A stretch of 64,000 bases of DNA from a bacterium (lineage in GTDB: Bacteria; Zhuqueibacterota; Zhuqueibacteria; Residuimicrobiales; Krinioviventaceae), in the NCBI GenBank assembly GCA_963674595.2, contig CAXXFV010000016.1, positions 352,001-416,000 on the forward strand, in the 5' to 3' direction. Made by a program: the position numbers and the translations under genes. Shown here in pieces: positions 30,659-40,250 of this stretch (position 1 is its first letter; each line of letters starts with the position of its first letter). Under the pieces are notes generated by a model, which saw nothing but the letters and a program-made list of their open reading frames with translations, searched no databases and was not told the origin of the DNA.

Positions 30659-31016
30659 TAAGGATTAAAATAGTCTATAAAAAATATGATTTTTTTTTGT
30701 GATTTAATGCCCTGTAAATTAATGAGTTGCTAGTATCGATTTTCAATGGGATTGTTAATTTTTTTAATGACTCTAAAAATTGTCCTATCTGGTAAACAAA
30801 AAAAGTGTTTTAGTGACCAAAATTCAACAAATGTTTCTTTAAATGGTCAATAAATTGGAAATTATTAGTGTTTGGGGTACGATTTTGTAACTTGGTCAAT
30901 AATTTTTAATGAATCCGTCAGCTTGGAGTTGATGTTTTAATTTTTGTTAAGAATTGATTTTTAAGTTGTTATGCCAATTATTTGTTGTGTCAATATATTC
31001 AAGTGATTTCTATGTC

Positions 31017-31032
31017 TGGCATAGTTTTAGCA
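31017..31032 (+). promoter_or_regulatory. sigma-54 promoter for the 885-aa secreted protein
   Basis: TGGCAT-AGTTT-TAGCA (GG-N10-GC). Confidence 0.65.
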
Positions 31033-31092
31033 TTGTATTCATAAAACTGAATAAATCATTATATTGTTCTTTAGTTATTTGGGAGTAATGGA

Positions 31093-33750
31093 TTGTCTTT
31101 TCGTACATTTTCGCTTTTTACCAAAGGACTCGTAGTCTTTTTTATAATAGTTATCTTTTCAAATAATACAATAGCCGCCACACCATATTGGGCAAATTTG
31201 CAACTGAGTTTACGCAATAACCTAAAGACGATCGTTGATGAAACTCTAAAATGGCAAAATCCTGATGGTTCTGTTTTTCGAAATCTTGCTTTAAACAAGT
31301 GGGATGATGAGGTTGAAATTTTTTATTCCTGGCTTATGTATTACCTGTTAACCGGTGATGAAAGAGCTTATGAGGGCATAAAAAAAATTACGCTGAAATA
31401 TATTAACCGAGGTGAAGACTCTGGTTATTATTTTCATGGATACTGGGCAGATGGTTATAATGATACGGAACATACATTAGAGGGTGTTATTACTTTGGCT
31501 AATTTGGCCTATGTAAAACCCAATGATACCGAGGTTGTTTCTGCTCTGGAACATATTACCGAGCATTTGGGCAATTGGGTTAGTGAATCTCCTGATTGGT
31601 TTGATTATGATACAAAACATATTTATAGTCTGAGACCCGGCACTGAGATCATTAGTTCCACTTATACTACCAGAGTTGATTGGATTTTTAATTTACAGTT
31701 TGCTAAAATGGCCCTTGCCACCTATCATGCTACTTCGAACGAACGGTATTTAAACTGGGTAGGTGAATATTTACAGGGTTGGATGGAATCAACGGAAAAG
31801 AACAAGCAGGAAAATGGTTACTTTTTACTTCCCTGGGAAATTTCCGCTGACACAGGAGAAATAGGCCCCTACAGCGGCACCTGGTATTATCCGGCATTTC
31901 AACCGGGTTGGGGATGGCACACATCCGGTGTAAACGTTGTACGTGATGTTCGCGGATCATTTTTGGATTATTACAAGTTTACTAAAAAACCAGAATATCT
32001 GGATTTTGTAAAAAACTATATATTTGAGCTTTTCAGGCTCAGTAGAACGGTTTTACCAGTAAATTCTTTTGACGGTACCAGTTTTACTTCCGGTTATTCG
32101 TCGAGAAATTTCGAATTATTTGTTCATACAAGTTTACTGGAAGGTCAAACTGATCCAAATCTTGAATCAAAAATTGATCAATTATATCAGAGAATTACAT
32201 ATAGTCCGCCATTAAATATGTGGAACTTTCGAACTTATGACAGTTATACGCTTTTATATAAATTGCTAAATGACGCTATAGCTAATTCCAATAAAAAAAT
32301 TGCTGCACTTCAGGCTTTAACGGCCTTACCGGCGGCAGCTGATGATTTTCCCAAAATGCAGGGTGAAGACGGAATAGCTCTATCTGCATTTGGAGGTGTC
32401 GAGTCAAAAAGGGGCGAAATGCCCTGGACAGAGGTCCTTTATTTTAAAGAAGATGGAAGTTATGGACTTGAAGATGGTGTTGCTGCTCTGGTTACCCAGG
32501 GAAATGATTCTACAAAAACTTTTCAAATATGTAACACAAATGGGGAAAATGTTTTTGTAAAAGCACAGGCAAATTTTCTACCGGCAAAAATCAATCGTGT
32601 AACAGTTAATGGTGAGACATATAACGATTTCGATCTTCGATATGTTAATTTAAATGTACCTGCCCGAACAACAATTGATGTAAAATTGGAAATTTTTGAA
32701 CGTGATACAATTCCGGCAAACCCTGTTGGCCAAATAAATCTCACTGGTTCTACCGAACATACTTTAAAATTTTCCTGGTCAACTCCTGCACCGGCAGAAG
32801 ATGGTGATTTACCAAAATTATATAAAATAGTTCGTGATGGAGAAATAATATCTTTACAAGACAGTACTTTATATTATGATACGGAACTGTTGGAAAATAC
32901 GGAATATACTTATCAGGTTATAACGATTGACAAGTCCAATATTCAAAGTGAGCCAACCACAGTAGTCTTTCAAACGGATATGGATGTAATATCTCCGGAA
33001 ATTACTTTTATCCAAACTATTGATTCTACACATTTACATGTTTATTTTGATGAAGTTGTTGATGAAGAGAGTGCTACTGATCTTAATAACTATTTAGGTT
33101 CTGATGGCATTGAAATTCAAAAGGCATTTTTAGGATTATCTCAAAAAGTTGTGTATTTAACAACTTCATTGCATGAGGAAGGCATTGAATATACATTGAC
33201 TGTAAATGGTGTGAGCGATGTTTCATTATCGGGTAATACAATTAATAATGCCACTTACCAATATCAATACTTTACATCGCTGCAGATAGAACAAATATCA
33301 CGTGATGGATATTTTATAAGGTATAATCAAGTCGGTGACAGTTTGTATAGCGACCGGGATTATGTGATTACCAGCATCCCGGGTTCACTAGATGGCTATG
33401 CCTGGCTTGTAACTGCAAATAATGATAAAAATGTAATAAATGACAACTTTATATCGTTTAAAGTAAATCGTGAAACAAATGTTTATGTCGCCTATGATAT
33501 TCGTCAGGTTGAGAGTAACAGTGTTCCTCTTTGGCTTCAAAGCTGGGAGCGTATGAATTTAAAAATTGAGACAACAGATGAAACAGATTTTGTCTGTTAC
33601 ACAAAAACGATTACAAACGGTTCTGTTACATTAGGCGGCAATGAAGGAAATAATTCCTCGAGTATGTACTTGGTGCTCATAGGAGGTATGGTAGATACAA
33701 CACCACCCTATCCTCCAGGAGGATTTAGTTTGACACCATATTCAAATTGA
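31093..33750 (+). CDS. large secreted protein: uncharacterised helical catalytic-like domain, Fn3, Ig-like and C-terminal beta domain
   Basis: signal peptide; Fn3 (LKFSW...YKIVRDG...LLENTEYTYQV); VYFDEVVDEESATDLNNY Ig-like; YSDRDY...TANNDK...VYVAYD.R...VTLGGN. Confidence 0.7.
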   Translation: MSFRTFSLFTKGLVVFFIIVIFSNNTIAATPYWANLQLSLRNNLKTIVDETLKWQNPDGSVFRNLALNKWDDEVEIFYSWLMYYLLTGDERAYEGIKKITLKYINRGEDSGYYFHGYWADGYNDTEHTLEGVITLANLAYVKPNDTEVVSALEHITEHLGNWVSESPDWFDYDTKHIYSLRPGTEIISSTYTTRVDWIFNLQFAKMALATYHATSNERYLNWVGEYLQGWMESTEKNKQENGYFLLPWEISADTGEIGPYSGTWYYPAFQPGWGWHTSGVNVVRDVRGSFLDYYKFTKKPEYLDFVKNYIFELFRLSRTVLPVNSFDGTSFTSGYSSRNFELFVHTSLLEGQTDPNLESKIDQLYQRITYSPPLNMWNFRTYDSYTLLYKLLNDAIANSNKKIAALQALTALPAAADDFPKMQGEDGIALSAFGGVESKRGEMPWTEVLYFKEDGSYGLEDGVAALVTQGNDSTKTFQICNTNGENVFVKAQANFLPAKINRVTVNGETYNDFDLRYVNLNVPARTTIDVKLEIFERDTIPANPVGQINLTGSTEHTLKFSWSTPAPAEDGDLPKLYKIVRDGEIISLQDSTLYYDTELLENTEYTYQVITIDKSNIQSEPTTVVFQTDMDVISPEITFIQTIDSTHLHVYFDEVVDEESATDLNNYLGSDGIEIQKAFLGLSQKVVYLTTSLHEEGIEYTLTVNGVSDVSLSGNTINNATYQYQYFTSLQIEQISRDGYFIRYNQVGDSLYSDRDYVITSIPGSLDGYAWLVTANNDKNVINDNFISFKVNRETNVYVAYDIRQVESNSVPLWLQSWERMNLKIETTDETDFVCYTKTITNGSVTLGGNEGNNSSSMYLVLIGGMVDTTPPYPPGGFSLTPYSN

Positions 33751-33766
33751 GCGTATATTTTTTTAT

Positions 33767-34096
33767 ATGGCTGATAGAGATTTTTTCAAGAGTGTTTATA
33801 AAATAGTTGCGGAAATTCCCTGCGGCAGGGTAGCAACATACGGTCAAATCGCAAAGATCTTGGGTAACCCTCGTGCAGCGCGCAGTGTTGGGTGGGCGCT
33901 GCACCGATCACCCGAATCAGTAAATATCCCATGGCACCGTGTTATCAATTCAAAAGGGGTTATCAGTATAGGCGGTACTTTGTATAATTCACAAATCCAA
34001 CGTTCATTGCTGGAAAATGAGGGAATTGTTTTTGATGTAAAAGGATGTGTGGATTTAGCTGTTTTTCAATGGCGCCCGGAGATAGTTTTTGATTAA
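33767..34096 (+). CDS. alkyltransferase-like protein (ATL/YbaZ, MGMT family)
   Basis: IPCGRVATYGQIA, ARSVGWAL, PWHRV (Trp replaces the catalytic Cys). Confidence 0.92.
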   Translation: MADRDFFKSVYKIVAEIPCGRVATYGQIAKILGNPRAARSVGWALHRSPESVNIPWHRVINSKGVISIGGTLYNSQIQRSLLENEGIVFDVKGCVDLAVFQWRPEIVFD

Positions 34097-34764
34097 ATAT
34101 CGTTTTTCTTTGCTGTTTTGAAAAAGCTGCACATTTCAGCAAGCGGGCATTCAGGACAGTTTGGGTTTCTTGCCTTACATATAGTTCTTCCAAGTTTTAA
34201 AAAATTCATATGAAGCGAGTAGGATCTTCCGGGGGGCACCAACGGCTGCATTAACCAGTGGGTCTTTTCCGCACTTGCATTTTCCGGTACCAGGGCCAAC
34301 CTTTTGCAAATTCTGTGTACATGTGTATCAACAGGAAAAACATCCTTGCCGCAAGCAAACATAAGGACCACACTAATCGTTTTAATGCCAATGCCTTTTA
34401 ATGGTAAAAATGTTTCTATAGCTTTATCCGGATCCATTTGGCATAGAAAATCAAGGTCCAGAGAGTGATATGTCTCATTTATCCATTTTAGTGTGTTTAT
34501 AATCGTTTCGCTTTTTTGGTTCGCGAGTCCGGCAGGACGTATTATTGCGGCAAGTTTTTTTTGCGGAATGGTTAAAACTTGTTCCCATGATGTCAGTTCT
34601 TTTTTTAACTGTTCAAAAGCTATATCTCTGTTTTTATCATTGGTATTTTGAGATAAAATTGTTAATATTAAATTCTCTAACGGATTTTGATTTTTTTGCC
34701 ATCTAGGTATATCAAAATGTTTTTCTAATTTAAGGACCAATTTGTCAACAAATTTTTCTTCCAT
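34093..34764 (-). CDS. nth: endonuclease III (HhH-GPD, 4Fe-4S)
   Basis: ILSQNT, GIGIKT, FPVDTHV, CKARNPNCPECPLAEMC. Confidence 0.88.
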   Translation of the reverse strand: MEEKFVDKLVLKLEKHFDIPRWQKNQNPLENLILTILSQNTNDKNRDIAFEQLKKELTSWEQVLTIPQKKLAAIIRPAGLANQKSETIINTLKWINETYHSLDLDFLCQMDPDKAIETFLPLKGIGIKTISVVLMFACGKDVFPVDTHVHRICKRLALVPENASAEKTHWLMQPLVPPGRSYSLHMNFLKLGRTICKARNPNCPECPLAEMCSFFKTAKKNDI

Positions 34765-34779
34765 AAAGGTGACCTCATA

Positions 34780-35253
34780 ATGAAAAATATTAATAAAAAT
34801 ATAGCGTTATCGGGATTAATAGGCGGCGCTTATGCCGTACTAACCATTGCTTTGGCGCCCATCAGTTATGGTCCTGTTCAGGTACGAATTGCAGAGGCTT
34901 TAACAGTGTTACCGTTTTTATTTCCTCAGTCTGTATTAGGTCTCTATTTCGGTTGTATGATTGCAAATATTTTTGGAGGTTTTGGACCCATTGATATTTT
35001 TGGCGGTAGTTTTATCACGTTATTGGCTGCTTTAGCAACCTATTATCTGAGGAAGACCGGTAAAATATGGCTGGCCCCTTTACCTCCTGTGCTTTTTAAT
35101 GCTTTAGGTGTTAGTTTGTACCTTCATATATTAGCAGATTTGCCTTACTGGTTAACATCATTATATATTGCTGTTGGTCAAATTGTTGCGTGTTATTTTA
35201 TCGGCATTCCATTTTTATTAGGTATTCGAAAAAAATTAAAAGATTACTTTTAG
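34780..35253 (+). CDS. queT: QueT-family ECF S-component
   Basis: PISYGPVQVRIAEALTVLP, GCMIANIFG, LPPVLFNA. Confidence 0.9.
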   Translation: MKNINKNIALSGLIGGAYAVLTIALAPISYGPVQVRIAEALTVLPFLFPQSVLGLYFGCMIANIFGGFGPIDIFGGSFITLLAALATYYLRKTGKIWLAPLPPVLFNALGVSLYLHILADLPYWLTSLYIAVGQIVACYFIGIPFLLGIRKKLKDYF

Positions 35254-35550
35254 TGATTCGGGTAAATTATTTTTTATGTTTTTTGTAAACTGTTGGCATT
35301 TTACACCAATTACAGCAACTTCTTTTCGTCCCAATATTTTCCCCAATCTAACTTTATCTGAAAATTGATATATAGTTACCCCGGCTTTTGATAATTCTTT
35401 TTTAATCTTATCGGAGGCATCATTAGAAATTAGAATAAGGTAAATATGTTTCTTTTTTAACTCTTTAAATGTTTCAAAACGGCCCACTGCTAGTTTGCCG
35501 GCCCTGTTGGCAAAACCAATTATTGAAAAGATTTGCTGTTCGTCAAAAAT
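35236..35550 (-). CDS. L7Ae-family RNA-binding protein (YlxQ-like), probable ATT start at 35550
   Basis: IIGFANRAGKLAVG...ILISNDAS...LGKILGRKEVAVIGV; conserved N-terminus lies upstream of the track's GTG at 35487. Confidence 0.85.
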   Translation of the reverse strand: MFDEQQIFSIIGFANRAGKLAVGRFETFKELKKKHIYLILISNDASDKIKKELSKAGVTIYQFSDKVRLGKILGRKEVAVIGVKCQQFTKNIKNNLPESLKVIF

Positions 35551-35810
35551 AACCTGATCTCCTTATATAATTTTTTACTTTGTTCTGGATTAATAGATTG
35601 CCTTAAATTTCTTTGTAATTTGTTAGATTTTATAACTAAATCAAGGCATTGTAAATCAGGGCAAATATAACATCCTCTTCCCGGTAAATTTTTTCTTTTA
35701 TCCAGAATTATCTCGTTGTTAAAAAAAGAAATCCGAACAAGTTCTGATTTTTGTTTTTTTGATCTGCATGCAATGCAGGTTCGCATGGGTAAATCGGTTT
35801 TATGTGTCAT
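35520..35810 (-). CDS. ylxR: YlxR/RnpM (DUF448) RNA-binding protein
   Basis: PMRTCIACR.KK.K.ELVRI, GRGCYICP..QC. Confidence 0.93.
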   Translation of the reverse strand: MTHKTDLPMRTCIACRSKKQKSELVRISFFNNEIILDKRKNLPGRGCYICPDLQCLDLVIKSNKLQRNLRQSINPEQSKKLYKEIRLFLTNSKSFQ

Positions 35811-35939
35811 AGAATAATTCTTTCTTGCTTTGAATTAAAGTACTTGAAACTCTTGTAAATTGCAAGAAATACTTGCCTGTACGATGAGACAATTATGCCT
35901 CATGTTTTAGGGCCATATTATATTTTTTATAAAAAGATG

Positions 35940-35968
35940 TTGCATTCAAGGGACAGGTTATTTATATT
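35940..35968 (+). promoter_or_regulatory. sigma-70 promoter of the kinase-kinase-NtrC operon
   Basis: TTGCAT-N17-TATATT. Confidence 0.5.
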
Positions 35969-36013
35969 TCATTTAAAAGTATCGATAAAGCATTAAACTA
36001 TAATGCAGTTTTA

Positions 36014-37481
36014 ATGAAAGAAGATAAAAATTATTATATTTATATAAACACAGAATATAAAATTCTGAGTTTTAGCGAAGATCTTGCAAAATGTGTTACA
36101 GAGCAGTATTTGATAAATGCTTGTAACCATGTTTGTTACGAGTATTTTTATGGCAATAATTCGCCATGTACCGGGTGTCCGACAGTTAAAGCAAATAATA
36201 AAAAAAAGTCAGTTTCTGATAAAAACACAATTCTTCCCAAAAACGTGACCGCTGTGCCTTTTAAAGATGACAAAGGGACTGTGACCAAGTTTAAAGTAAA
36301 TTGCGTCGATGATAAAATAGGCAAAACGGCAAATAGCAATGCAAGCAATCAAAACGTATCTGTTCTCAGGCAACAGGTAAATGATCTGAGAAAATCGGCT
36401 GAACTGACATCCAAAGTTTTAGATAATATTCCCAAAAGTATCGTTATAGTAGATTCTAATTATGCAATTCTGGAACATAATGAAGCTTTTAAAAAGTTTA
36501 TTGAAAATGAAAAGAAAATTGTAAACAAAGATTTTTTTAAAGCGGCGCCTGTATTTGATATTCCGAAAATACATGAGATATTTAAAAATGCTTTTGATGG
36601 TGTGCAAAGGCAGGCATTTAGTTTAAAAATTAACCTGAATTCTAAAGAGTTTTCCTGGGTAACTTTGACAGCCGTTTTAATTGAAACAGGAAAAGATTTG
36701 CAATATTTATTGCTTTATATAGATAATGTCACTCAAAAAGAACAAGCCTGGTATGAAGATGTCTTGCTGGAAAAATTTCAGGCTTTTAGCCAATTAATTG
36801 CCCGTTTGGCGCATGACATTGGAAATCCATTGTCAGCAATTATGGGACGTATTGAGTTGATGAATAAACAATCTGTTTTTAATCAATCCGGCACGATAGA
36901 TTATGAGGGCGGAGTAGAGTTTATTAAACAGCAGGTTGATAAAATTTTAGAGGTTTTTGAAGGTGTCAGCGTCTTTAATAAACAAACTACAAGGGATTTT
37001 TGCGATTTTGATCTGGATGAAATTATAAAGCGAACAATTTCTGTTGCTCATTTACACCGATCGGCAAAAGATATTTCGATAGAGTATGAAATTCAAAAGG
37101 ATTTACCCGCTTTTTATGGGGATGAAATTAGAGTTGAAAGAGCCTTGCTTGAAATATTGAAAAATGCTTTGGAGGCAACAGAACCCGGCGGCAAGGTACA
37201 TGTTTTCTTTAAAATACCTGGAAAATGAACGAATTTTTAATATCTGCGTTAAAGATGAAGGTGCCGGAATTTCCGACGATATTCTAAGTAAAGTATTTGA
37301 TCCATTTTTTACCACTAAAAAGATAAAAAAAGGAAACGGATTGGGTTTATCTGTTGCATACTCTGAAATTGCATTACACCAGGGAACAATAAATATAAAT
37401 CCGTATGTTTCGGTTGGAACCGAGGTGTTAATTATTTTACCTCATAATCAGGTAGTTAAACACACAAAGAAATCGAAATGA
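36014..37481 (+). pseudogene. PAS sensor histidine kinase split by a +1 frameshift near 37203-37214
   Basis: ORF 36014-37228 has CY..PC..CP, PAS, H-box LAHDIGNPL and N-box; ORF to 37481 carries DEGAGI, FDPFFTTK, GNGLGL. Confidence 0.85.
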
Positions 37482-38539
37482 TAAGAAAAATTATAAGCCA
37501 TTCGGAAAATTCAACTCAGCAATTGACGCTTGATGATAAATTTAACATTGTTGAATCTCATGGCACTTTATTTCAACAAAAGGGAGTGTTGGGGAAAAAA
37601 TCTGACCTTGCAATGGTTGATGAATTTCTTAAAACTATTTGGAATAAGGGGATTGAAAATATATGTTTAACTGCATTGGAAGATGGTAAAACCGATTCAA
37701 AAGATTTAATTGTACCTATTAATTCAAAAATGAAAGCATGGTTTCGTTTTACAGCAGAACCGGTCGTGAAAAATCGAAAAATAGACGGCATTCGTCTAAC
37801 TGTTTTGGATGTTACCCCTGAAAAACGGTTGTATAAACAAAATGCACTTCGTCAAAAGATGACAAATATTTCATTTTTAGCTGCACAAATTGCCCACAAG
37901 CTAAACAATCCGTTAGCTGCTGTTTTAAACAGAATTGGCTGCTTATTGGTGGATGATATCAGCGTTGATGATTTAAAGCGAATTCGGTCTGAACTTGAGC
38001 TTGTGCAGGAACAAATTTACTCCATGTCAATTATAACAAATTCACTAGTTTCTTTCAGTGAAGAACCAAAAGGAATGTTTCGTTTAATTCCAATAAACAT
38101 GATTATTGAAAAATCTGTTGAATTGAGTAAATTGTTACAAGGCCATAATGAAATATCATATCGGTTAAATTTGGATCAGGATATTCCCTTTATTCTGGGT
38201 AGTGAAATTACTCTGGAACAAAGTTTTGTAAATATTTTAAAAAATTCTATAGAAGCCATGCCGGATGGCGGAACTATTACCATAAATTCATCGCTTGATT
38301 CGTTATTGCCGGATTTTGTAAAAATTACATTCAGCGACACAGGTATAGGCATTCCTGTTGAAAATTTTGAAAAAATATTTGATCCTTTTGTTAAATTTAA
38401 AACGGGTAATCATCCGGGACTCGGGTTGTCGATTAGTTATGGTATAATTGCCAATCATGGTGGAATTATAGAAATTAAAAGTAAAGAAAATGCTGGTACA
38501 AAATTAACAGTTTTGTTGCCGACAGTGAATTTAAAATAA
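37478..38539 (+). CDS. cytoplasmic PAS-like sensor histidine kinase
   Basis: IAHKLNNPL, NILKNSIEAM, DTGIGI, FDPF, GLGL. Confidence 0.9.
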   Translation: MIRKIISHSENSTQQLTLDDKFNIVESHGTLFQQKGVLGKKSDLAMVDEFLKTIWNKGIENICLTALEDGKTDSKDLIVPINSKMKAWFRFTAEPVVKNRKIDGIRLTVLDVTPEKRLYKQNALRQKMTNISFLAAQIAHKLNNPLAAVLNRIGCLLVDDISVDDLKRIRSELELVQEQIYSMSIITNSLVSFSEEPKGMFRLIPINMIIEKSVELSKLLQGHNEISYRLNLDQDIPFILGSEITLEQSFVNILKNSIEAMPDGGTITINSSLDSLLPDFVKITFSDTGIGIPVENFEKIFDPFVKFKTGNHPGLGLSISYGIIANHGGIIEIKSKENAGTKLTVLLPTVNLK

Positions 38540-38560
38540 TTTGTTTAAAACAGGTGAAAC

Positions 38561-39994
38561 ATGTCAGAAAAAGTAGTTGATAATGACCTTAGTAAAATTT
38601 TAATAATTGATGACGAAAAAACAGTACTGGATTCAATTGTAAATCTTTTAAAAAATACAAGTTACAACTGTATTACCGCAACCAGTACTTCCGAAGGAAT
38701 CCGTCTTGTTCGTGCAGAAAAACCTTTGGTTGTTTTAACTGATTTACGGATGGAAACTGAAACTTCTGGTATAGAAGTTCTTGAAGAAGCAAAAAAGATA
38801 GATCCGGATGCTGTTGTATTATTATATACTGCCTATGGAAATGTGTCCTTTGCTGTTGAAGCCTTTAAAAAAGGAGCATTTGATTTTATTCAAAAGGTGC
38901 AAACCCATCACGACATTCTTTTACCGATTGAAAGGGCCTTCAAGTTTGCCAAAATGCAGCGTGAAAACGCCTATTTAAGAAGTAAGCTTGATTTGGTAGA
39001 TGATGGAAATTTTCATGGCGCTATAGGAACAAGCCCGGCAATTCGTGATCTTTTTGAAAAAGCAAAACGAGTTGCCATGACAAATGCCACTGTTTTGGTG
39101 ACAGGAGAAACCGGTACAGGAAAAGAGGTGATTGCACGCGGTTTACATTACCATAGCCAGCGGGCTAATGAACCCTTTATCCCTGTTGCCGTAGGAGACC
39201 TTCCGGATAATTTGTTGGAAGGTGAATTGTTTGGTCATGTAAAGGGTGCTTTTACAGGTGCTACTGTTGAGAAACCCGGATTATTTGAAGCTGCAAATAA
39301 AGGGTCAATTTTTCTTGATGAAATTGGAGAAGTAAGTTTTGATATGCAGCATAAATTACTTCGCGTTTTACAGGAAAGAAAAGTAAGACGTGTGGGAAGC
39401 GTTAAAGAACGGGATATCGATGTTCGGGTTATCAGCGCAACCAATCGTAATCCTGAAGAATTGGTAAAAGAGAAAAAGTTGCGCGAAGATTTGTTTTACA
39501 GATTAAACGTTATTCGTTTACACATTCCGCCAATGCGGGAGAGACGTGAAGATATTCCGGTTTTGGCTTACCATTTTTTGAAAAAGTTTCGCAATACAGG
39601 ACTCATTGAGGTGGAAACAATTTCCAGCGAGGCATTGCTTCTTTTACAACAATATGATTGGCCGGGAAACGTTAGAGAACTGCAGGGTGTTATTGAGAGA
39701 ATGGTCGCCCTGGCCACCCGTCCCGAGCTTCGCCCTGAAGATCTGCCGGATGAAATACGTCCTACAACAAAACGTGTTTATGTTGATACCGCGACAGACC
39801 TGGATTTTAAAACATCAAAAGCTCAAATTACAGAAGCTTTTGAGAAACAGTATATTGAGGGATTGTTGAAAAAGTACGGTGACAATATTACCAAAGTTGC
39901 TGACGCAGCAGGATTAAACAGAAAAACCATCTATCGATTAATTGAGGCACGGGATATTAATTTTCGAAGAAAACCTGGTGATGATATTTTTTAA
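38561..39994 (+). CDS. sigma-54-dependent NtrC/AtoC-family response regulator
   Basis: REC (IIDDE, LTDLRM), GETGTGKE, ELFGHVKGAFTGA, FLDEIGE, WPGNVREL, Fis HTH. Confidence 0.97.
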   Translation: MSEKVVDNDLSKILIIDDEKTVLDSIVNLLKNTSYNCITATSTSEGIRLVRAEKPLVVLTDLRMETETSGIEVLEEAKKIDPDAVVLLYTAYGNVSFAVEAFKKGAFDFIQKVQTHHDILLPIERAFKFAKMQRENAYLRSKLDLVDDGNFHGAIGTSPAIRDLFEKAKRVAMTNATVLVTGETGTGKEVIARGLHYHSQRANEPFIPVAVGDLPDNLLEGELFGHVKGAFTGATVEKPGLFEAANKGSIFLDEIGEVSFDMQHKLLRVLQERKVRRVGSVKERDIDVRVISATNRNPEELVKEKKLREDLFYRLNVIRLHIPPMRERREDIPVLAYHFLKKFRNTGLIEVETISSEALLLLQQYDWPGNVRELQGVIERMVALATRPELRPEDLPDEIRPTTKRVYVDTATDLDFKTSKAQITEAFEKQYIEGLLKKYGDNITKVADAAGLNRKTIYRLIEARDINFRRKPGDDIF

Positions 39995-40019
39995 ACCCGC
40001 ATTAAGCGGGTTTTTTTTT
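39994..40019 (+). terminator. intrinsic terminator
   Basis: AACCCGC-ATTAA-GCGGGTT + long T-run. Confidence 0.9.
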
Positions 40020-40178
40020 GCCCCGGTGGTACCTGGACTGTTGCTTTTTAAATATGTAAGTGGCCTAGAGGCAACAGTATTGTAATTTAAAAAACAAGGG
40101 TTATTAAATAATTTTTTTTTTAATTCCTAAGTTTAATAAAAATATAACAGTGACTAGGGATAAAAGTTTTGCTTTTAT

Positions 40179-40194
40179 TGGCACGATAGTTGTA
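40179..40194 (+). promoter_or_regulatory. sigma-54 promoter with variant -12 for the single-domain receiver gene
   Basis: TGGCAC-GATAG-TTGTA. Confidence 0.6.
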
Positions 40195-40250
40195 AAAGAA
40201 GATGTAAATAAACGGTAAGGTGTTAATTTCATCAAAAAGGTTAATTACGG

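Noticed and set aside
34765-34779. preQ1 riboswitch before queT
   Set aside because: Only 15 bp intergenic and no preQ1 consensus seen
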